In this document: piece after piece, positions 23,846 to 38,019 of the stretch
How the letters are laid out: each line of letters begins with the position of its first letter
Numbering within the stretch: position 1 is the stretch's first letter
NCBI GenBank assembly: GCA_000388065.2
Contig: KB932204.1
Reading direction: 5' to 3' (one strand)
Source: Fonticula alba ATCC 38817
Lineage: Eukaryota > Protista > Nucleariida
DNA: 64,000 nt
Translations under genes and position numbers: made by a program
The notes under the pieces: generated by a model
Databases searched by the model: none
What the model was told of the DNA's origin: nothing
Seen by the model: the letters and a program-made list of their open reading frames with translations, nothing else

Positions 23846-24068
23846 TCCCCTCTCCTTTCTGCCGGGCCAAGCCCCGATGTCCATGTGCGCGCGTGTGTCG
23901 GCCATATGGGCGGGAGTTTGCAATGCGCCGCACGCAGGGGACCAGGCATGCTTCTCCTGCGGCTGTGGATTTCCAAATGTGCGCCTGAGCATGTGCGCGT
24001 GCATCCATCGTATACCCCTCAGTCGCCCACACTTGCACGCACCGGGCCCCTGAAGGCGGTGTATGGAT

Positions 24069-24116
24069 CTGTGTGCCTGTGTGCCTGTGTGCCTGTGTGC
24101 CTGTGTGCCTGTGTGC
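24069..24116. repeat. (CTGTGTGC)6 octamer microsatellite downstream of the ABCG gene
   Basis: Six perfect units visible in the sequence. Confidence 0.9.
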
Positions 24117-25243
24117 TTGTGTGTCCGCCGCATGTCCGGTGGTTAGGGTCCTAGAGCGCATGGTGTATCCCCTCTCCCTTCCCCTCCTGTTATTTCGTTA
24201 GTTGTATTTTATTGCTTGCGCGCGTCTGCATCGGGGACATCGGTGCCTTTGCCAGGAAGTACCCATATGTTGATGTGCAAGAGTGTGGGTGCATGCGCGT
24301 CAGCCCCACCTTCCTCCCCACCTTCCTCCCCACCCTCCTCTCCACCTTCCTATCTTTCTCCCTCTCTCCCTCTCTTTCCCGCCACAGTCGGACGCATTTC
24401 CCAGTTTGCTAGTCGCCATCCATCCTCTCGATGGCGATGTTTTTTTTGATGCGGTTGTTATTGTTGTTTCCGGTGTCAATGACACAGACATTACCTGTGT
24501 CCTCTTGCTCCTCTCGCCCCGAGAGCGAGCATTTCAATAAAGCACCCTTGATGAGACACACGCCATACACCAGCGAAGCAGGGCCGATGGGGATGGGGGG
24601 TAATGGGGTCCGGAGAGCGGGCCCCTTCTCCACGTGCCTCGCCAGACACCGCTGCCCTCGCGAAACACACACCAGCCAGCCCCGAGGGAGGGTCCGATCG
24701 CCGGCGTTGCCTAGCCCTCAATTGACATAGTGCCAACGCTCACAATGTCATTTCGTGATACGTGATCAGGTGCCCGCCCGCTGCGGGCGCCCAGGCCGCC
24801 GCCGCCCGCCCCCCGGCTCCCGCGACAGTCCCCGGCTCCTTCCCCTCGTCCTGAGGACAACTGGTGTGGCCTTTTTTCGGGCCCCCGCACAGATCGGGCA
24901 TTCGTGGGCTGGAGGCACCCCGCTCCGTCGCGATTCCTGTTGCTCCCTTGTGACTGTATCCACACCCTCCCCACCTCTCTTCTCCTTCCCCCCGCCTCTT
25001 TCATTCTTTCTTTCCTTCTCTCTCTTCTTATTCTTCTGTCCATCTCCTCAATTTCCCCCCTCCCAATTTCCTCNNNNNNNNNNNNNNNNNNNNNNNNNNN
25101 NNNNNNNNNNNNNNNNNNNNNNNNNNNNNNNNNNNNNNNCCCCCCCCCCCCCCCCATCTGCGCCTCTGCCGCTTTTCTCGTCTCTAATCCCCACGTTTTC
25201 CCGTCATTCTCGCCCAGTCACCTTCTCGACACTACACAGCACC

Positions 25244-25778
25244 ATGCTGCCCAGCTTCTCGTGCGCCTCCTCCTCTGCTGCCATTCTCGCCCGCGCCTGC
25301 CTTCGTCTCCCCTAGGCGGTTGGTATTGACCCACCTCGGATCGCTCGCTTCCTTTGCTCCTTGTCGCGTGAGCAGGCGCTTTGCGGCTCGTTTCCTCGGC
25401 CCCCGCTTCGTCGCCCCGGCGATGAAGGCCCCCACCGTCCCGACGGTGTCGCAGCTGTTCTTCAATTCGACCGCTCGCCCGGCCGTCCCGTCGCTCATGC
25501 AGTCGGCCGTGTCGCGGTTCACCGGTGCCAACGGCTCGGCCCTCCTTTCGCGGCCAACCATGGCCGGTCTCCTGTCGCAGGGGTCCCCGCTGGCTGGCCA
25601 GCAGTCCATGGCCGGTGCCAGCCTTGCCGTCCGCTTCCGGTCCTTCGGTAACGAGTATCAGCCGAGCACTCGTCGCCGTAAGCGCAAGCACGGCTTCCTG
25701 GCTCGCAAGAGCACCCCCGGCGGCCTGCGCACTCTGGCTCGCCGCAAGAACCGCGGCCGCAAGAACATGTCCCACTGA
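25244..25778 (+). CDS. MRPL34: Mitochondrial ribosomal protein bL34m, two exons (intron 25261-25315)
   Basis: MLPSFS exon, GT-AG intron, then a long Arg/Ser/Ala presequence followed by FGNEYQPSTRRRKRKHGFLARKSTPGGLRTLARRKNRGRKNMSH*, the L34 signature. Confidence 0.92.
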
Positions 25779-26068
25779 TGAGCCGGCTCTGGGTGCCGAG
25801 CTTTTCCCTCCTCCTTGCCCGTCCCCCCCCCCCCTCATCTCTTTCTCTCTCATTTACCTTCTTCTGCCACTCCCGCGTCCTTGATCCTTCCCCCGCTGTT
25901 TTCGCGCTCCCCCCCCCCCTTCCCCCAATAGATTCCTTTTGTTCTGCTTGGGCCTTCCTCCCCGGGTGACCGACACACCTGCCCTCGTGCGGCGGGGGAA
26001 TATGTGGTTTTTGTGCTTTTTTGTAAGGTGCCTCCGGGGGCACTGCCGAGCTCCTGCCCAGCTGGCTG

Positions 26069-28914
<2,846 letters not shown>

Positions 28915-29358
28915 GTCGTGTGTACATGCAGCAGACGAGTGATGGCAAGAGGTGCACGCGTGTCGGCCGGATGGGACGTGGTGGCAGTGACTCAAAAAAA
29001 AAAGCCGGATGGGCGGGAGCAGGGGCAGGGACGGGTGCGCGAGGGGGAGGGGGAGGGGGGAGTGACCTGGTCTGTGGCCACCGGTGGGTGAGGAACAGAG
29101 GCGCCCCCTCCCGATCCCGCGGCCGATCATGCATGGGCACCGGCTGGCCGTGCCTCTGCCCTCCGCCAGGCACCAGAGTCCGGGACGGAATCTAACGGCC
29201 GGTCGGCAACTGCCAACGCCACATGCGCACGATTGTCTCCCCGGGGGCTGTCTCGCGGATGGCGCACCCCCCCCTATGTGCCATCTGGCTCTCGGTGGGG
29301 ACCAGGGACAAATGGAGAGAGATCTTTAAATGTGTGCATGCATGCGTGGGCGTGCTTC

Positions 29359-29403
<45 letters not shown>

Positions 29404-29643
29404 CTCTCTCTGTGTGTGTGTATTCAATGTGCTTGGGAGAAGGTGAGGGAAAAACAAGCCATTGCTCTGGTCCTCGAGGAGCCCGCAGATCAAATAATAC
29501 ACCTCGAGTGGCCTGGTTGCGCCCCCCTCCCCCCCTCAACCCTTCTTTCTCTCTCCTCCTCCTTCTCCCTCTCTCTCTCTGTCTCCTCGTTTCCCTTGCA
29601 TCCTCCCTCCCCCACCCGGCACCCCCTGTTCCTGTCTAGGACA

Positions 29644-30143
29644 ATGGACAACGCATGCTCGAGCCAAACCGGCCCGGTAGAGGACTCCCTCCCCCGGTTC
29701 GCCACGTACTCCCGCGAAGAGGTATGCTTGTTGGCCACGCTTCGGCCTTTGCTGTCCGCCTTGTGCCGGATGTCTTCCATGCCTTCGCCTGATGCTGACG
29801 CCATGGTGTCCGGGTTTTGCAGATCGCCATGCACAATAGCGCCGATGACTGTTGGATCATCATCGAGGGGCGAGTTTACGATGTGACGGCTTTTCTGAAT
29901 GACCATCCGTGCGTCGAGTCGGGGCTGTTGCTTTCACGGCGCCCTTCCTGCGCCCATTACCCCTGGGTCTAACCTCCCCCCGCCCCCCCCCGCCGACTCA
30001 ATCGCAGCGGCGGTGCCCGGATCATCTTGCGCCACGCTGGGCGTGACGCCACTGAGGCCTTCCTGGACATTGGACATTCGGCCCGGGCCCAGGTTCTCCT
30101 GCGAAAGTTCCTGATCGGTGTGGCCGGACGAAAGTCGGTCTGA
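29644..30143 (+). CDS. Cytochrome b5 heme-binding protein, three exons, no C-terminal membrane anchor
   Basis: Spliced product: TYSREE|IAMHNSADDCWIIIEGRVYDVTAFLNDHP|GGARIILRHAGRDATEAFLDIGHS…LRKFLIG. Both heme-ligand histidines (HPGG, GHS) are present. Confidence 0.92.
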
Positions 30144-30419
30144 TCCAGCCCGCCCCCACACCCTCATACGCCTGTTGATAGATTCCTTGGAGACACCTTT
30201 CCCTTGATGCGTACATGGTTGCAAGCATATCCCCGCGCCCCGGTGCCCCCCCCCCCCCCTTCGGCGGCGCCCATGGTAGAGGATAGTACACGGTTTTATG
30301 TATATGTGAATTGTGCGTGCGTGCGCGCGTGCGTGCGTGGACAGACACACAGACACACAGACACACACGCACAGGCAGAGAAGCCCGGCAGCAGCACCGC
30401 AAGCAATGGGGGCGGGGCC

Positions 30420-31391
30420 TTACTCGGAGGCCTTCTCCTCGGTGGGGATGAGGTTGTGGGTGCGGAGCATGTTGTGGAGCTCGCCGGAGCTGTACAGCTG
30501 AGAGACGATATCGAAGCCGCCAACAAACTCGCCCTTGATGTAGACCTGGGGAAGGGTGGGCCAGGAGCTGTTTGGAAAAGGGGAGTCAGCATGGCGCGGG
30601 GCCGCCGGGGAAATGGAAGGGCACAAGAGGGGGACCGAATGAGAAAGGGGGGGCGCGGCGGGCACACGGGACGGCAAGGGCACACGCACGAGAGATCCTT
30701 GATGCCCTGGCGAACCTCGTCGGACTCGAGGACATCGATGGCCTTGAACTCCGAGACACCGGCGGCACCGATCAGCTGGACCACACCGCGAGAGAAGCCG
30801 CACTGAGATCAGGCGCGCAAAGAGGGAGCGGGCAGAGGGGGAGGCGGGAGAGAGACAGAGAGAGAGAGAGAGAGCGGGAGCGGGAGAGAACAGACGAGGG
30901 TTAGAACACGGGCCGGGATCCCAACATCCCGAGAGAGGAAGAGAGAGAGAGAGAGAGGGGAGCCGTGCAGGGGAACATAGACGCACACGGGGGGCCTCGG
31001 GAACGCCCTTCATGAAGACGACAATGTCGTTGTCCTTGATGGTCTGCGTCGAGTCGGAAGGAGGGGCGAGGGGTGTCAGTGGCTCCGAGTGCGGGCAAGT
31101 CCCACGATGCAGGCCGAGCGCAGGAGGCAAAGGGGGCCCCGGGGAAAGCGCACCTTGTCCAGCTGCTGGAGCAGATCCGGGCTGACGCTAGACATGGAGC
31201 GCATGGCCATGAGCGGGGCAACGGCCGGCCGGGCGGCAGCCGCACGCAGAGCAGTGCGGTTCAGGGTAGCGGCAAACAGGGCAGTGCGGGAAAGCTGGGG
31301 GATGGCGCGGAGGTGTCAGAGGGGGATCTGGGGGGGGGGGGAGGGGGGGAAGAGAGGGGACAAGAGGGGCCAGAAACAAGTGAAATACCAT
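30420..31391 (-). CDS. GRX5: Mitochondrial monothiol (CGFS) glutaredoxin, multi-exon
   Basis: ATG immediately followed by an intron, then the presequence [23 protein letters not shown]. The core reads [12 protein letters not shown]|[11 protein letters not shown] and [17 protein letters not shown]. Confidence 0.92.
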
Positions 31392-32247
31392 GACTAAGGA
31401 GGGAGGGGGAGAGGGCTGTTGGGAGAGGAAGGAGGAGAGGAGACAGCTGTAGATGCTCTGCGCGCCGGGGCGTCAGTGGCCGGGTCGGGGGGCACCAAAA
31501 AAATGTCCCACACGCAGGCGGCGCCGGGGGAGGGGATGTGGGCTCCTCTCTCCTTCTCGTTCTCTCTCCGTCTCTCTCGCCAGGCACATGCCTCTCGCCG
31601 GGACCACGGAAAGGCTGTGTGTCCCCCTGGGTCTTCCCTGGGCTGGAGGGGGGGGGCTCTATCGGCGCCTGGGGCGGGGCGGATCGGGCAGCGAATGATC
31701 GCCGTGTGATACAAGGGAATGTCATTTGGGACATCACGAGCCCTGCCCGCCACCGGCGCCGAGGCGCGTGATCCATCGGCAGCCATGCGCTGCCCCTGCC
31801 TTGTGCTTGCTGGGACGATCTCGGCCATTCTCACCAGGCAGCGTGTCCCCGTCCCCTCTTCGGCCTCGGGTCGGCCAGCCGGCCGGCCGGCCGCGGGCAC
31901 ATGCGCCCGGTCGGATGCCGCATGTGTGTGGGTGTGTGCGTGCGCGCGGGGGCGGCCCGCGGCCGCCTGCGAGCGCACCGGCAGGCATGCGGGGCCAGTC
32001 CCACTCGTCCGGTGGCGATCTCCGGGGTGGTTGTTTTGGCTGTCCCCGGCGGGGGCGGAGGGGGGAGAGGCCGGCTCGATGAAAGGGATGGCGGGTATTT
32101 TTCGAGCTCAGGTTGTTGGCCTCCTCCCACGGAGAGACCCCTACTCCTCCATCCCCCAGCCTTTCTACACCCTTCTGCTCCTCCTCTCTCCCCCCTTTCC
32201 CTTCCTCCCCTTCCCCCCCCCCTCCTTTCCTTCTCCCCGTCGTGAGC

Positions 32248-35215
32248 ATGTCCATGTCGCTTGTGGCGCCCCACATGGCCGCGGCCGCCTTCCTGGGCGA
32301 GGACGCCCCGGCCGACCAGGAGCACCAGTCGGTTACCTGGGAGGAGCTCGGCCTGGATAGCCGAATTGGCAAGGCAGCCCTGCGCATGGGCCTCGCGGAG
32401 CCGAACATGGTCCAGCGCGAGTCGATCCCCCTGGCCCTGGCCGTGCGTCGCAGATCCCGGTTCCTTCCGTGTCTCTCCCAGCTTTGCCGAGCCATGCGCC
32501 CCGAACTGACATCCATGCGTCCCGCCCCCCTCCCCCACCCTGGGCTTGGTTTGCTCTTGCTTTGTCCCCCCCCCCCCAGGGAAAGGACATCCTCTGCCGC
32601 GCAAAGACCGGCTCCGGCAAGACGGCCGCCTACGTGATGCCGGCCATCCAGCGTGTGCTCAACGCCAAGGAGGTATGCCTTTTGCCCATCTCCCATGCCC
32701 CTTCTCTCTTCCTCTCTCTCTCTCTCTCTTTCCATCTCGACGTCGTCGCTTGGCCCGTGGCCTGCGCCCCGTCCTGTCAACGGCCCCCCTTTCCCTCCTC
32801 CGTCCGATCTTTCCCTCCGGTCGCTCACCCCTCGTGTGTTTGTCCCAGCGCGACCCCAACTACACCGGTGTCAAGGCCCTGCTCCTGGTTCCGACGCGTG
32901 AGCTGCTGGAGCAGGTCTTCCAGTATTGCCGGCATCTCACGCTTCATTGCGCACAGAATGTCCACGTTGTGCAGCTCTCTTCGGATTTGAGCCCTGCGTC
33001 TCAGAAGTGCGTGGTCTGCTCCGGCTCCCCGGCATCCCCCCTCTCCTTTTGGGTTGCTGCGTATTTTGCCTTCCCCCCCCCCCCGGGAGACTAACATCTT
33101 CTGTCTCCCCGGTTCCTGCAGGGCTCTTTTGGCCGAGTGCCCAGACATCATTGTATCCACTCCGCGTGTTGTGAGCCACCTCGAGAGCGGTGTATGTGCC
33201 CCCTGCCCGCTGCCCTGTGCTCCGCCACTTGCGTCTCCCTGCTGACGTTCTTTCCCACCAACTCCGTTCCACTCTCTCTCTCTCTCCCCCTCCTCCCCCC
33301 CCCCCCCCCGCCTTCGCGACACGCCCTCTCTGACGCCCTTCCTCCGCGGCCTCGGACACAGGTGCTCAGCATCAAGGAATCCCTCGAGACCTTGGTCATC
33401 GATGAGGCGGACCTCATCCTGTCCTTCGGTTATAGCGAGGATGTCCGCACACTGCTGACCTTCACTCCCCAGATCTTCCAGGTGGTCCTGATGTCAGCCA
33501 CTCTGACCCCGGTGCGTTCGAGCTCCACCATCCTCTCTGCGCCGGCGACAGGGCCTGCCTTTCGCTTGGTCCCCATCGGCCGGGGCCGGCACTGACTTAT
33601 CGTCGATCCCTGTCGCCTCCCCCGTCCTCTGCCCTCCTCGCCCCCCNNNNNNNNNNNNNNNNNNNNNNNNNNNNNNNNNNNNNNNNNNNNCCCCCCCGAA
33701 TACCCCCACAGGATGTTGTCCAGCTGAAGCAGCTTCTCCTGCGGAATGCGGTGATCATCAAGCTCGAGGAGTCGGAGCTCCACAACCGTCAGCTGTCCCA
33801 GTTCTTCGTCCATGCCGAGGAGGACGAGAAGTTCCTGCTGCTTTACTTCATTCTTAAGATGCAGCTGGTTCCGGGCAAGTCCATCATCTTCGTCAACAGC
33901 ATTGACAAATGCTACCGGCTGCGCCTGTTCCTGGAGCGGTTTGGCATCCGGGCGTGCGCCCTGAATGGGGCCCTGCCGCACAACTCTCGCTACCACGTGG
34001 TGCAGGAATTCAACAAGGGCACCTACTCGTGTATCATCGCCACCGACGGGGCGGCGTCTCACTTTGAGGATGCCGCGCCCGGCGGCAAGAAGGCCGGCAA
34101 GAAGTCCTCGCGCCAGGGGGCCAGCTCCGGCTCGAAGACCGAGTCCTACGGCGTGTCGCGTGGCATCGACTTCCGCGATGCCACGCTTGTGGTGAACTTC
34201 GACATGGCGGACACCTTCGTGCAGCACACCCACCGTGTGGGCCGGACGGCGCGTGGCAACAAGAAGGGCACGGCCATCACCATGGTGTCGGTCGGCGAGG
34301 AGGCCCAGCGGCTGGAGGACTTCCAGCGGGAGGCCAAGATGGAGCTGACCGGGCTGACGGCGCACTCCACGCGTCGGACCAAGCGCCAGTACAAGCGCGA
34401 GCAGGCCCTCGAGCGGGCGCTCCTGGCGCCGGCATCCGAGGCGGGTGCCGGCAGCTCGGCCGAGGCGACGGCCGATGGTGATGCCGCCGCCGAGGCCCAG
34501 CCTCGACGCCTGGTGGATTTGGACAACATGGAGGACATCATGCGGCCGCTGCGCTTCGACATGGCCACCGTCAACAGCTTCCGGTACCGTGTGCAGGATG
34601 TCCTGCGGTCGGTGACCAAGGCCTGTGTCCGGGAGGCCCGGCTGCAGGAGATTCGTCAGGAGCTCCTGACGTCGGAGCGCCTGCGCGCTCACTTCGAGGA
34701 CAATCCCCTGGATCAGGATGCCCTGCGCCATGACAAGCCCCTCGGTGTGTCGGCCCTGCAGCATGTTGGCCGGTCTCTGCGCAATGTGCCGGAGTACCTG
34801 CTCCCGACCTCGGCGTCGGTGGTGGCCAATGGCGCCATCTCCACCGGGTCCATGTTTGCCCGTGATGACCGGGCTCCCTTCGACCCGAAGCGCAAGAACA
34901 AGGGCCGCCGGGGCAACAAGCGTGCTGGCAAGGTGCGTAGTGGAGGCTCTTTGTCCATGTCTCCTCCTTGTTGCCCTTCCCTGCCTTGACCCTCTCGGCT
35001 GCGCCATCTTTCTGGGCTTTCCGGGTTCCCCCCTCCCCCTCTTTGCCCGGCTTCTCTCCCCCTGCCGCCCTCCTCCTTGCATTGGATGTGTTTCCCTCTT
35101 TTTTTTCCCTTCTCTAACTCTCTTTCCCCCGTGGGACGAATCCGATGACGCACACCAGGCCTCCAAGTCTGCTTCCTCCAAGAAGCGTAATCCCCTCAAG
35201 TCCTTCAAGGCCTGA
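32248..35215 (+). CDS. DBP9: DEAD-box RNA helicase Dbp9/DDX56 (60S biogenesis), multi-exon
   Basis: Q-motif [53 protein letters not shown] and HRVGRTAR are present. The C-terminal [14 protein letters not shown]…[27 protein letters not shown] and RNPLKSFK are typical of DDX56. Confidence 0.93.
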
Positions 35216-35626
35216 TCTCCCTTTCTCCCCTTCGTCCAATCCCTCTTCGCGGTGTGTGTCCCCCCTCCCTTCCTCCCTCCTCGTTCCCCCCCCCCCGCCC
35301 CCCCTCCCCCCTCCACGCGTGTGCAGGTTCTCCTCTCCCCCCTCCTCCTTTTTTTTTTGCAGGGGTTCCAGGCACCGTCCCTCCTCCATCGCGCACCTCT
35401 GTCCTTGTGTGATAAATAAAGTGTGATCTGCTTCCCGGTGTTGGTGTCCTCTCTTTCTCTTTGCGGGTCTCATTTTTTGTCCTCCCCCTGCCCCATGCAC
35501 CAGGTGATTGCCAGGATGGAATGTACATTTGTTTGCCCGAACGGCGGATTTGAGCGCTCCGGGCCGTCGTGCCGAGAAAGAGACCGAGAGACCGAGAGAG
35601 AGAGATGGAGGGCGAGGAGGCTTCCC

Positions 35627-37093
35627 TCAGTTCGGCCGCTTGCGGTTGTTCTTCTTGACGATTTCCAGGTACTTCTCGTAGGGCATCTTGGAGTCGGGCT
35701 TGTTGACGAACAGGTGTAGCGGGGCCGGCTCGAAGCGCGCGCGCTCGGATGGGTCGACCTGGCGCTCGAGGGTTTCGTCCTCGTCGGCCCCAGGAGCAGG
35801 GGGCGCCGAGCGGCCGGCGGCCGCGGCGGCCGCCACGCGCGAGGCACTCCGCGCCTGCAGCGCATTCAAACGCAAGACCTTCTGGTTGATGTCGGCATGG
35901 ATGTCACTGTCATCCTCCTCCTCGCTGGAGTCCTTCTTGTTGCGGACCTCCTGCACATGGGCCGCCCACTTGACTGGGGGCATGATGCCCGAGAGGCAGC
36001 ACGGGAGAGGGGTCAGTGGCGGCATGTGTGGCGAAGAGGGCAGAGACCCCGGACTGGCACACGGGTGCGGCGGGGGGGGGGGGGGGGGGGGGAATGCGGC
36101 GCACAGATGAGACGCTGCGCGAGGTTGCGGTTCTCGGCCAGCTCATGCGGGTGGTATACCAGAACATGGATGTTGAAGCCGATCTCCTCGCCGGCGATTT
36201 GGTCCTCAAAATTGTCCGGCAGAGCGTCGATCTAATGTACGTCATTCGAAATGGCCACCCTCCCCTCGGAGGGGGGAGAGGAGAAAGGGGGTTCGGGAAA
36301 ATCAGCAGCCAATTCACCGGAGTGGCGCCCGGGCATATGTGGATGCAGAGGAGGCCCGACACGCACACTGAGCAGGCCCTTGAGGATACCGGTGCGGATT
36401 TCCAGATTCGGCAAGGTCCCATCGTGTAGGCGCTCCAGCCAGGTCCCGCAGGCGGTCAAGAAGTCCTTGGAGATCAAGTACTTGTGGAGATTTTGCCTGC
36501 CGAAGATGGTGGCGGAGGAGGGGGGAATGTGTCAGCCAATGCGCCGAGATGTGTGGTATGGTGAACAGGAGGGGGGGGGGGGGGGTATTGGCCCAAAAGC
36601 GCGAGGCCCGAGGGCGAAGCGGAAAACCCAAGAGGTCAAGGGGGGGCGAGGACACACGAGTTCAGGGCCTTCTCCACCTGGGGCCAGAGGGCCAGCTTGC
36701 GCATGGACGGCTTGCCTTGAGAAAAGTCCAGGAGATCCTGGTTGCGCGCCTCGAACATCAGCTCGGCCAGCTTCAGGACAAGGACATTCCCGGGCTAGGA
36801 GCACAGTGGGCCGAAGCGGGCGAGCGGCGGAGCGCCAGGACGTCAGTCAGTGAAACACCGGGCCATCGGGTGGCGGTGCAGGGGCTCCGACGCACGACTT
36901 TCTTGGGCTTCTCGGCGGCGGCGGCGGCGGCGGCGGCGGCTGGCGCGGCAATCGACCCACGGCCGGCGTAGGGGTCTTGCGTGGGGGCCGGCCGGTAGCT
37001 GGCGTCATCGGCGCTGGTGGACTCGCCGAAGGTCGTCGCAGCCGACGATCTCGACGGGAACTCCTCGCGACTGGGGGAGCTGGCATGCGTCAT
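35627..37093 (-). CDS. IWS1: IWS1/Spn1-like transcription elongation factor (TFIIS N-terminal-like domain), multi-exon, divergent
   Basis: Exons give MFEARNQDLLDFSQGKPSMRKLASL, FLTACGTWLERLHDGTLPNLEIRTGILKGL and IGFNIHVLVYHPHELAENRNLAQRL. These parallel the IWS1 motifs KPALxKL, WLxPLPDxSLP and IGxxxxxLxxHPKE. Confidence 0.7.
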
Positions 37094-38019
37094 GCAGAGG
37101 GGACACGGAGGGGTGAGTTTCTGGACGGGGCAGATACCCGGGGGGAGAGGCGGCGCACGAACCGATCAGAGGGGTGCGACATGTTTCGGCCGGCCGGAAG
37201 GGCAGATGGGCAAGACGAGGCGGGGCGAGGAGAGAGAGAGAGAGAGGGAGAAGAAGAGAGAGGAGAAGAGAGAAAGAGACAGGCGAGGGCGGAGGAGAGG
37301 GAGACTAGGAGAGAGAGAGGGAGAGAGGGGGGGGGGGGGGCCTGTTGGGAGGGAAATCCGTCGTGTCCCGCGCCCCGAGGTGCGGGGCCTTCAGTGGCTG
37401 AACTGCCCACGCACATGTATCTGCCGTTGGATGTGGATTTTCGGGAATCCTTTTGTTCCCGGCGCCGGTCGAGCCGCGGCCGGCTCGGTTGCGGGCCCCC
37501 GATTTTATAGGGGGGCGGGCGGACCGGCGGGGCCCGCGAGGGCGGGCGGACTGGGCCCAAGCGTGGGAGAGTGTGGTATTTTGCCCGGGGCGGTATGGCA
37601 TTTATTGTCGGGGCTCTCATTGTTGTCCCCCGTGCCCGCGCGAATATCCGAGCGGGGATGGGCGCGGGCGGATGCCCCCGCCCTGTCCCCCCCCCCTTGG
37701 GCCCCGCTGGCGGCTTTTCTCAGAGGGGGGAGGGGCGATCGAGGTCGACAGCCGCCCGGCCCTCCCCTCGGAGGGGGCGCCCCGATCTCGGCTCGCGGCT
37801 CAGGTCCGTCACAAGGAGAGTGGGAGGAGGGACGGGAGGCGCGCGGTCGCCATCCGGCCCCGGGCCGGCGTGTCTCAAGGCCCAGCGACTCCGTGGCCTG
37901 GACGCGGCCCAGGCGCGACTCCTCCCCCCNNNNNNNNNNNNNNNNNNNNNNNNNNNNNNNNNNNNNNNNNNNNNNNNNNNNNNNNNNNNNNNNNNNNCCC
38001 CCGGTCGTCGTCCGTCGCG

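Noticed and set aside
24409-24730. Small ORFs (plus-strand signal-peptide-like MFFLMRLLLLFP; minus-strand 87 aa with NNNNN)
   Set aside because: The hydrophobic or Asn runs come from a GTT/TTA-rich tract, and an AATAAA near 24536 suggests the ABCG 3' UTR. There is no supporting motif.
33430-35316. Long antisense ORFs (e.g. 33430-35316, 2059-3363, 4426-5955, 37720-39630, 56679-57851)
   Set aside because: They are shadow frames of GC-rich sense genes with strong third-position G/C bias, and show no domain motifs.
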